Source: Podarcis erhardii
Taxonomy: Eukaryota
Assembly (NCBI GenBank): GCA_964252035.1
Contig: OZ176203.1
Strand: one strand, 5' to 3'
Length of the DNA: 64,000 bases
The notes beneath the pieces are model-generated. The model did not search any database. It had not been told where the DNA came from and worked only from the letters and a program-made list of their open reading frames with translations. Each line of letters begins with the position of its first letter. Positions within the stretch are counted from its first letter, which is position 1. Both the position numbers and the translations under genes were made by a program. This document shows, one piece after another, positions 24,734-34,080 of this stretch.

Positions 24734-25168
24734 TGTCAGGGAACTGACATCAGAGTCAGAGGTGGAGGCAAGGCTCCCAAGCGATGCTGGAGAGGGGGCC
24801 AGCAAGGAGAGAGGGAGCTCATCGGCTGGGGAAGGGAATCAGCGCAACACCAGTAGAGAAGGGGGGCAGATGGGGGATTCGGAGAGGGGTCTCCAAGACT
24901 CTTCGCCCGAAAACAGTGGGGAGAGCACAGGCACTCCTCTGCCCACTCCCTCCCTGCGCAGAAGACTTCCGCGCAGGGAGAGTAGGAGGAGACTGGGTGT
25001 CAAACAACTTCTTTGCTGGAAGAGTTTCAAAAAACGCCCACTGACGGATTCTGCTAGCGACTGAACAGCCACGGAGTGAAGGGCTGTCAGCCAGGACAGG
25101 TTAAACCAGGCAACCTGGCCCAGGAGTGGCGGTAACTTATGCACGAGCAACCCCTTATAACCATTACA
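24734..25168 (+). mobile_element. Solo-LTR-like element (TG..CA, 435 bp) inserted in the ORF2 stub of the half-L1
   Basis: tgtcaggg...ccattaca with 5-bp TSD cgtca at 24729-24733 and 25169-25173. Removing it restores the frame MNYMELT-EMTGRIQD. Strand is assigned only from the ORF and a ttataa motif. Confidence 0.85.
24735..25064 (+). CDS. Open frame within the LTR-like element: Ser/Glu/Gly-rich segment then an Arg-rich motif (no in-element ATG at its start)
   Basis: VRELTSESEV...TPLPTPSLRRRLPRRESRRRLGVKQLLCWKSFKKRPLTDSASD*. Open from base 2 of the element for 109 codons plus stop. Confidence 0.4.
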   Translation, partial: VRELTSESEVEARLPSDAGEGASKERGSSSAGEGNQRNTSREGGQMGDSERGLQDSSPENSGESTGTPLPTPSLRRRLPRRESRRRLGVKQLLCWKSFKKRPLTDSASD

Positions 25169-25188
25169 CGTCAATTCCATATAGTTCA

Positions 25189-25914
25189 TCAACCTGGTGA
25201 TCTTCTGTCCGAGGCTCTTAACTCTTTTCCAAGTCCCTTCTGCAGGTCTTCTTCATATTTATACATGCACTTTACTTTGTCTTCTGCTGATCTTGTTCTT
25301 AATTTCCTTCCTTTGATGCTGAAGAGTAGATCTCAGGGAAGCTCCGACCTAGCAATGTTTTTATTCCTTCTTGACAGGTTAGCCAAATCTCCGTAATTAA
25401 AACTAAAATCCAAAAGATATTTCAGGACGTGTTTCAAAATCCCTCCAAATCTGAAAGTCCCCACAACTCCAATCTCCTCCTGACCCAGGTCCAGGTCCCA
25501 AAGGTCAGTAAATCCCTGCATGAGGTGATCTATCCAACTTTCCTTCTCCAGTCCAAGCAGGGCTCCAATCCTCAAAATCTGACCTTCTCTGAATTCAATC
25601 ATAGAAGGCAACAACTTATAGTCATCAAATTGCCTCTGTAAGGCTGGGGCTCTCTCCCTCTCCACCCGTATTACTTTAGGTTCAACAACAACAACTTTCT
25701 CCCTCGCCTTCTCCACAGCCTGCCACGCCAAAGTAGATTCCTGCATCGATTCCTGAACGGCTTCTGTATAGATGTTCACTCTTTGTCCCAAATTAGTCAC
25801 TTTTTGTCCCAAGTTATCAATTTTAATAGTCATCAAATCCGTCTTCTTGTGGAGCTGTTCCAATGAATCACTTATCTTACATAATGCAATCACTAAGGCT
25901 TCTTCTGTCGACAT
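25189..25914 (-). pseudogene. L1 ORF1-like gene (coiled coil, reduced RRM, CTD) with one premature TGA at 25333-25335
   Basis: ATG at 25914. Heptad pattern LEQLHKKTDLMTIKIDNLGQKVTNLGQRV, then LRIGALLG. In-frame continuation past the TGA (DLLFSIKGRKLRTRSAEDK...YEEDL) resembles an ORF1 CTD. Final stop at 25189-25191. Confidence 0.7.
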
Positions 25915-26399
25915 TCTTAACCTATCCAAGGTCAATCCCTGGTTCTCACGGTTTTTTATCTTGCAGCTGGAGATTCAACCAGCTCAACTCTTGTAACAGT
26001 TTCAAAGGCTCCCTCTAGAGGGAAACAATTTCTATTTGCATCAATCCTTTTAAGCACAGTTCAAGCAATAAAATTAGTTTCAATTTTCAGTTACTTTTAC
26101 TCCTTTTTAAACGCAGAAGGAGATAATGGAAACAATGTATTTCTCTTATTTAACTAGCTGTCAAGATACGTTTTATTCACAGTCAATGAACTTTCCCAAA
26201 ACGTCAGTCTTACTAGCAGCCCATTTCCAGGTTCAGAGCGGTGGTAATTTAACTTTCTTCACTCTCTCCTGCAGGCTTACGTGATCCCAAATTTCCCCCC
26301 CTCTTCTCCTGCTTCCAAGGGGGGTTTAATGATTTTAGCCGATGGAAGTTTAATCCTTTACAGAGGACTTTCCAAGACTTTAGCTTGCAAGCTCTTTGC

Positions 26400-26829
26400 T
26401 TCAATCTATTTACAAAAGGGGGAGGCAGACTTCCGGTTTGAAACCTCCCCGTTTCGATGCCAAATTAAGACGTTTAAAAATCCAGTTTTCCGTTCTACTC
26501 ACGGGTAGTTATTTAGCATCAAATTGTCCACAGGAAAAAGTCAGCGCTCTCCGGCAACAGCAGTGCAGCTTCACTCCGTGAAAGAAGCAGTCAATTTGAA
26601 GCACCGCGCTGCTCACCCCACGTCGCTCCGGATCCCCGAAACCGGGTCTCCCCACGAGTAGGGGAGACGCAAAAGGTGCCAGCCGAATCCCATGTTCACA
26701 GGCTTCTCCCGCCTATGATTTTTAGTGGGTCTCCGCCTTCGCCGTGGCGGCCAGACCCTGATTTCCATGGAGCAAATTCCTCCCGATCAGAGGAATTCTG
26801 CCATTGTCGGAGGCGCCAACCCGGAAGTC
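26400..26829 (-). promoter_or_regulatory. CpG-rich L1 5' UTR / putative internal Pol II promoter
   Basis: Dense unmutated CpGs, ETS-type CCGGAAGT at 26821-26828 and two 8-bp hairpins. Confidence 0.65.
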
Positions 26830-26869
26830 AATAGTGTTGCAATTCTTGAACAATTTCATTTTTTACAGT

Positions 26870-27000
26870 AGTAGAGCACAAGCTTTGCACGCAGGTCTGA
26901 AGTCTGTACTCCGGGCATCCTCCCATTCAAATGATCTCCAGTAGCTGGTGACAGGTGTCTGAGATCCTGAAGAGCCACTGCTAGTCAGAATCCACAACCA
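26870..27000 (+). mobile_element. Degenerate tRNA-derived SINE remnant
   Basis: gtagagcacaagctttgcacgcagg...ctgagatcctgaagagccactgctagtcag resembles the copies at 4853 and 20030. Confidence 0.4.
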
Positions 27001-27210
27001 AAACCCTGGTCTGGCCCTAAGGACAATAACGTGCCAAAATTTGGCGCTCCCCGCATCTCACCTTCCATTCTACTTCACAGTTGTGGTGTCCCCAAGGCAC
27101 TATGTCCAGTGCAATCAAACCGGTCACACTCCCCTAAATCTGCCTCTGCACTGGTTTGTTTTATATGGGTTTCTTTGTGCAAAAATACAGTCTAAAGGTG
27201 ATCAGAAGTA

Positions 27211-27385
27211 CAGTGTGGTACCTCAAGTTGAGAACTTTGCCCCAGGATGAGAATGGAAATCGTGTACCGGCGGCGCAGTGGCAGCAAGAGGCCTCATTAG
27301 CGAAAGCACACCTCTAGTTAAGAACAGTTTCAGGTTAAGAACAGACCTCCGGAACGAATTAAGTTTGTAACTAGAGGTACCACTG
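27211..27385. mobile_element. Tc1/mariner MITE
   Basis: cagtgtggtacctc ... gaggtaccactg, flanked by TA. Same family as 5626 and 59077. Confidence 0.8.
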
Positions 27386-27709
27386 TAAGTAGCTACAGAC
27401 ATCTAAGTGGTGTTGTTAAATATTTCCTTTCATTAGGTATATTGTTGATTAACCATCCATAATGGTTGGTTGTTGTTTTCTTTCAGTGTTTGAAAGAATG
27501 TGTTTGAAAGAATCGCTCAGCGTGTTTGAACAAAACAGCCATCAGAATTTTTAGGTGACACTCCTCTCTGGCTAAGCTTTAAGGAAAGGAGCATGTGAAA
27601 TATGTGTTGGTGTGTGAAAGACAAGAGCTCTGAGTAGGAAGAAACTTCGTGGTGCATGTATCTGATATGGAGTAGGTCATGCCTATGTGAGTGTGTAATT
27701 ATACATAGA

Positions 27710-27850
27710 ATCATAGAACTCTAGAGTTGGAAGGGACTGTGAGGGTCATCTAGTCCAACCTCCTGCAATGCAGGAATCTTCTGCCCAACATGGAGCTTGA
27801 ACCCACAACCCTGAGATTACAAATCGTGTACTCTACTGACTGAGCTATAT
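27710..27850 (-). mobile_element. tRNA(Lys-like)-derived SINE with CR1 3' tail
   Basis: Minus strand: tagctcagtcagtagagtac...ggttgtgggttcaagc head plus ttggactagatgaccctc...ttccaactctagagttctatga tail. Confidence 0.75.
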
Positions 27851-28588
27851 ACTATACCTTTGTCTCTAGTGCTCTCTCCTTGAACAAAGGACACCAAGCA
27901 CAACCAGTGCAGGAACTTCTCACTGCTTAGGGAAGTAGAGCTTTTTCAAAAGTATAATTCTACCAAACATACTTTATCCTTGTGTCCCATAAAATGTCTT
28001 CCTTTCCTCCTTTAAGGACTCCATTTTGTTAGAACAGAAGGCTGGTTTTACAGTAGAGTCCTGTGATGATTTATGTGTTTTAAATGTTATGTCCCATGTG
28101 AGGCAGGATGTAGCATTCCAGTCAAATATATAATAGAATAAAAGCAGTTTTTCATAGCAGCAGAAAAAGCACATCACTTGCACTGTGGAAGAGGGGCAGC
28201 TGCCTCCATGCTCTCCTCTGCATTTTAATGTTACCCTTATTGCTTTATTGGTTTTATTGTGTCAGTTCAGGAGTAAATTTCTCTAGATTAGGAATGGTCT
28301 AGATTTAAAGGCAAACTTAACAAATTTGCACTTTCGAAACAATATGAGAACTGAAACACAGCTATCTTTCAAACTTTGTACTTATCTGAATTTTTCAGTG
28401 CAGTTCCCAAGCCAAGTCAAAACTGCATTTAAAAATGTGTTAATTAGGAGAAATCTGCACTAAAATGCTGAGGAATTTCATAATGATTTTTAATAAGAAT
28501 AAGAATAATGACCACAAATTGATGCAGAAATGTGAACTGAATTTAATATTAGAAAAATGAGAAACTGGGTGAATCCAAAATTGACATC

Positions 28589-28726
28589 TTTCATAGAATT
28601 GTAGAGTTAGAAAAAGCCACGAGGGTCCTTTAGTCCAACCCCCTACATTGCAAGACTCTTTTGTCCAATGTGAGGCTCGAACCTCCTGCCCTGAGATTAA
28701 GAGGCACATGCTTCACTGACTGTACT
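28589..28726 (-). mobile_element. tRNA(Lys-like)/CR1-tail SINE
   Basis: Same family as 27710 and 41337. B-box ggttcgagcc. Confidence 0.7.
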
Positions 28727-28733
28727 AAAATTT

Positions 28734-29375
28734 GCCCATCATTACTCTGGCAAATAGAAGGGGAAGAAATGGAGGCAGTGAGAGATTTTACTTTCTTGGG
28801 CTCCATGATCACTGCAGATGGTGACAGCAGCCACGAAATTAAAAGATGTCTGCTTCTTGGGAGAAAAGCAATGACAAACCTAGACAGCATCTTAAAAAGC
28901 AGAGACATCACCTTGCCAACAAAGGTCTGTATAGTAAAAGCTATGGTTTTCCCAGTAGTGACGTATGGCAGTGAGAGCTGGACCATAATGAAGGCTGATC
29001 GCCAAAGAATTGATGCTTTTGAATTATGGTGCTGGAGGAGACTCTTGAGAGTCCAATGGACTGCAAGAAGATCAAACCTATCCATTCTTAAGGAAATCAG
29101 CCCTGAGTGCTCACTGGAAGGACAGATCGTGAAGCTGAGGCTCCAATAATATTTTGGCCACCTCATGAAAAGAGATGACTCCCTGGAAAAGACCCTGATG
29201 CTGGGAAAGATGGAGGGCACAAGGAGAAGGGGACAACAGAGGATGAGATGGTTGGATAGGTTCTCGAAGCTACCAGCATGAGTTTGACCGAACTGCGGGA
29301 GGCAGTGGAAGACAGGAGTGCCTGGCGTGCTCTGGTCCAAAGTCGGACACGACTAAACAACTAAACAACAACAAC
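28734..29375 (+). mobile_element. BovB (RTE clade) LINE, 3' fragment
   Basis: WQIEGEEMEAVRDFTFLGSMITADGDSSHEIKRCLLLGRKAMTNLDSILKSRDITLPTKV...FELWCWRRLLRV, ending agtcggacacgactaaac(aac)n. Confidence 0.93.
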
Positions 29376-30168
29376 TCTGGATATTGAAATGTGGGGTATA
29401 AGTTTTTTTAATCATTAATACATAAATCAGCCATTCCTGTGAATTACCTTAAAGCAGCCATCATATGCGCATTTTGGAGAAAGCACAACTCTGTGGGAAC
29501 AAGATCAGGCTGCATGACTGCCACCAACGTTCCTTCGGAAACTCAGAAGCATTTTCAAGCAAATCAGGAGCATTTCACGGAAAACAAATCAGATGCCATG
29601 GTCTGATCATCAGTGATCATGGTTCGTTACGAGATACGGGGAGTCACGTCTCCGTGCATAATACTTCTAATAAGCATTTACTCAACATTTCCTAATGGGC
29701 CTTTATTAATACAGATGCATCTGACTGTATACTTTCATATGTCAGACATAGCTAGGGGCACACAGTGCAGTTAAGGATTGTTAAACAAATTCATGCTGTC
29801 ATTTAATGCCTCATGCAAGGGTAGGAGAGATCGCTGTGCTGAAGGAGAAGGTGTAACTGAAATGTGAAACATTTTGCACAAAACTAAATGGCAGGATTTT
29901 ACAATGTAATGCTTTTGTCTGATTCCTATGAGCCACTGGTTATGTTTTTAAGCAGGTATACCTCCTGAACCCTCAGCTCACTTTAACCTCTTTGCCATCT
30001 TTTCATCTTCTGTGGATGAAACATCTAGAATAGTAAGCATTAGATAATATAATTACTAAGGGTATTCAACCTTAGCTTTACTCAAAATACACTGGTTGTA
30101 ATTAATGGGTTAAATTAGTCACGTTAAATAATTTCAGTGGGTCTACTGTGAGTAAAAAGACTACTTAC

Positions 30169-30377
30169 CTTTGTGGGGACAGCAGCAATTGTGGCACAGT
30201 GCAACTCAGGGAGCTGGGGAAAAGGGGGGCACCGCCGCCCGCGTGGCCGGCTGACATAATGTGTGGCCTTGGCTGGCTGCGGAATCTAACAGAATGCCCT
30301 GCTCAAAATTGTATTCAAACTGGCCAATCATGGCCTTTGGAAGGCAGAGCCAAAGCCAGCTTAAATGCCGGCTGCAC
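30169..30377 (-). other. Candidate exon or promoter-first exon of an unidentified minus-strand transcript
   Basis: Donor AAG|gtaagt at 30168. Upstream GC box gggcgg (~30235-30240) and CCAAT (~30324). Alternative acceptor ctgactgtgcttcctactcag| at 30378. Small CpG patch. Confidence 0.35.
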
Positions 30378-31970
30378 CTGAGTAGGAAGCACAGTCAGCA
30401 GTTGGTAGGTTGTGTAGTTCGGCTTCTGTTTATGTGGCTAATATTACAAAACACACAAAACAAACCTCTTGAGTTTACTAATCAACTGGTAGCTGGAAAG
30501 AAAGATCACAGGACAGTGATGGAATGCATGGTGCAATTATCTTCACATTTCTAAGACCGTCTTGGCTGTGAGTCCTGGAAGAGCTTCTCCCTGTCCTGCA
30601 GGCCTTTTTTACTTGGCCTGAGAGGGCAGGACCCTGATTCAAAGCTGAGGCTGCTGGGCAGACACTAGGGCTGGGGTGTTGGTAGGGATGGGGGCATGTA
30701 TCTTTGTATTAGATATTGTGATTTATGTGGAGATTATTGAGGTAGGCTGTGTACTCTTTAATGTTTTATTTATTGTTTGTGATTACATCTGTTATGTTGT
30801 AGTCACATATTTTTTCATGCTGTAAGCCACTTTGAACATGGTTTGAACTGTGGAAAGGCAGCATGCAAATAAAATGATGTATGCATGTATTATGTCTCAT
30901 TCTGAAAACAGATTTTGCCAACATTGCATTTTACATCCTGCCACTGCAAAAGAAATTGGATTTGTTGACATCTATCGTATTTATTCTTATAAAATAAGAT
31001 GCCTATTCATTTTGCCTATCTTAGCATTTCATTTCAAATAGGACTTTATCCATCAAACGTGAGAGCTCTGCAGGTTCTGCTTCCCATCCAGAGGCCTCGG
31101 GGAAGATTTCATCTTGCCTCACAGCTCACTAGCTTGTAACATTCTCCTAAGCTCTGATTTGCTGAAACCATAAAAACTCTCATTGACTAAAATAGCAAGT
31201 TTATATAGACTAGCTATCATGGGAGAGCTGAAGAGACTCTTTCATAGAATATAAATCAAATGTGACTATAAAGGTGTCTTTATGGCCTTTATGAATGGAT
31301 ATTCATGTTAATGTGATTTCACCTGTGACAGATAAGGTAATGCTGGTCCATCTTCCGGCAAATGTGTTGAATTAAGGGAGTTACTAGATCATAATGCTGT
31401 AGCCTAGTCAGCAGCAAAGAAAAGCTGCTTACTAGAGTTCCCATCAAATAATACACCACAGCCTCCATTCTTTGGGACTGTTTCAGGGTAGCCCACATAG
31501 TGCTCTCCAGATTTGGTAGTACTCCATCTCCCATCAATCCCAGCCAACATGGTCAACTATCTGGAATGATGGAAGTTGTAGTCCAGCAGGAATGATGGAA
31601 ATTGTAGTCCAACATTGGCTACCTCTGCTATAGCTGGTTTGCTATAGCTGGTTTGCCCCATTGCTATCCCTCCAAAGAGAGAAACTCATAGAACATAGTG
31701 ACACCATGAATTCAAAGCACTGTGGTACTGTACTAAACGGTCATGATTCCCCGAAAGAATTCTGGAAGGTGAAGTTTGTTAAAGGTGCTGAGAGTTGTTA
31801 GGAGACTGTGTTACAACTATGAAATAGATGCCTCCTGCATTTAATTGCTATAGAATATTGGGGGGAATATATACATATATTTAAAAATGATTCCATGCAT
31901 TGTGGAAGTTGGTAAGAGGCTATCAATTCCAGTTCTGCAGCAGAGTGCCATCTGTCTATAGAGGTAAAAG

Positions 31971-32416
31971 TGTTAGAATTCCTGCTCCATGATTGTAGTC
32001 ATGGGATTGTTGTCCATCACATGACGGTATATGTTTTGACTCCACAGAGTGGGAAGTGACGGAGACAGGATGTTTGTGTTACTGTGTTCCGTGAAGTGGG
32101 ACTATTGTCCTTTGTTCTTTTTCTCTTTGCTGCCTGATGCTAGAGAGAGAGGGAGCCATGTTTCAGTGCTCTGTGTGTGTTTATATGTAAATAAAGTAGA
32201 TTAGCCAAAATGCTGAGTTGCTGAGGTCTGTTATGCAACTGCGAAGACTTTGCGGATCCCTGAGTGTGCCAATGTCTGATGGCATCAGTCGCTGTGATGT
32301 TCGGGCTGCAGAAAGCTTCTGAAGCTCCTGAACGATCGACCAGGAGGGAGAGAACATGCCAGTCGGGCATGTGTCTCTGCCAGGGTCCTACTCGAGTGTA
32401 GGACGAGCTCCTGACA
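31971..32416 (+). mobile_element. Solo LTR (446 bp)
   Basis: tgttag...ctgaca termini, 5-bp TSD aaaag at 31966-31970 and 32417-32421, AATAAA at ~32189. Confidence 0.88.
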
Positions 32417-32984
32417 AAAAGGAGTGCCTTGTCAATTTCACCACACTGGTCTCTAAACCTTTGCAGACAGCTTTCAGAGTTTAAGCAAGATGTTGCACAT
32501 TCTGCTATTCCTATTCATGCAAGAATGTGCACATCCAGCCACACATGTCATTCCTTATAGCAGCATGAGACATAGTTTCATCAGTCCCTGAAGCAGGGCA
32601 GCTGAAATATACTTTATTAAATAAACAATTAATATGATGCAAGCATTAAGGCAGTCACAAGACATCAAGGCTGCTGCAGAATCACAGTAGTGGATGACAC
32701 GGCTGTCATTCTTACAGCAAAGACTGAGCAGGGCAGTACAGATATAAATAGCCCTAAGAGACATCAGGATATGTGGACAGACAGGGAGTAGCAACAGCCC
32801 CCAGACAAATGTTGACTGACAGGAAAAGAAGAGGAAACAGAATGTCAAAATCTATGGGGAAACAGATCAGGGTGAAAACTGATAAGATGCATACGTGTCA
32901 GAAGGAGCCATGCAGGAAGGACACACACCTTTGGATCACAAACTGCAATGAAGGTGAACATGCACTGTGCATCTGAGAAGAGGC

Positions 32985-33130
32985 ACTTGGATGTCTTTCA
33001 AAGAGGATTAGACAAATTCATGGAGGATAAGACTGAACGTGGCTTTCCTTCCACTGTTGGAGACAATATGCTTCTGAATACAGGTCACTGTGAATCACAA
33101 GTGAGAAGAGTGCTGTTGCAAGGGTCTGGT
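32985..33130 (+). mobile_element. Old CR1 LINE 3' fragment
   Basis: ttggatgtctttcaaagaggattagacaaattcatggaggataag is typical of the CR1 ORF2 end. Confidence 0.5.
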
Positions 33131-33999
33131 TGACACTATGATGATGGGATGCCAGTAGGCACCTTGGGGACTTGCACCAAGGTGAACATCTTTTGGTCTG
33201 GAGCTCTGGCATGAGGACTCACACAGGAGTGCCAGACCAAAACACAGGACTTTCCGGGAGGCAAACGGAAGCCAGGATTGAAGCCTCTGCATGCTCATCA
33301 AATGTGGTGGTAGGGAACTTTTAGAGTCGGGGCAGTGCAGCATAAAGAGATAGAGTGGCTGGAGGGAAAGGGAGCATTCTCAGTGCATGCATGCATCAAA
33401 GGATCTGAGCAGATGCACATCTATGCATTTCATATCAAGGCTGTTGAAAAGCTTCCAATTTTATATTGGATCAAAAGAAACAGACTAAACCTGAGATTTC
33501 CAAATGCCATCTTACTGCTGGGGACTGCATTTGCACTCCTGCTACAAGGAGCATGAACTAAACTGTCTAATAAAATTATAGTAATTTAATGCAGCATACA
33601 GTAATGTTAATAAAGTGCACATCAGCCAATTATGGCGATTAACTTAAATTCCAGAAAAGTTGTATCATTAAAGAGAGAGCATAATACCTTATGTAATTGG
33701 TTCTCACTCTCTTATAAAAATTATCTTTTAAAACACACAGACTTACATTAAAATGAAAGGCTCAGTTAAATGGATGCGAAAAGCAAAGAACAGCTTTCAC
33801 TTTCAAGTACGTTCCTTGAAGAACTAATTTCCTAAAAATAACCACACAAAAATCGTGCTATTAGCTAAAATTAATGAATATGTACAATGTGATTTTGGTT
33901 TTCTCCCCACCCTCCCAATTCCTTTGGCTCTTTTTTCTTTTACTCTTACAGTGCTAGTTTACATCACATTATCTTAAGAAAAAATTTTTAAAAAAGAAA

Positions 34000-34080
34000 T
34001 CCTTCCAGTAGCACCTTAGAGACCAACTAAGTTTGTTATTGTTATGAGCTTTCGTGTTCATGCTCACTTCTTCAGATATT
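34000..34080 (-). mobile_element. Penelope-like element terminal fragment containing a hammerhead-like core
   Basis: Minus strand: tatCTGAAGAagtgagcatgaacacGAAAgctcata...ttagttggtctctaaggtgctactgg. Family assigned from motif recognition. Confidence 0.6.

Larger units (their letters stand above)
24202..26829 (-). mobile_element. Full-length non-autonomous L1 derivative (half-L1/HAL1-type): 5' UTR + ORF1 + ORF2 3' stub + 3' UTR
   Basis: 16-bp TSD aata(a/g)tgttgcaattc at 24186-24201 and 26830-26845 (1 mismatch). 5' end gacttccgggttggcgcc, AATAAA and A-tail at the 3' end. The ORF2 stub aligns to the C-terminus of the L1 at 15105. Confidence 0.88.

Noticed and set aside
28630-29340. 236-aa minus-strand ORF
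   Set aside because: Antisense shadow of the BovB coding strand, with no independent evidence.
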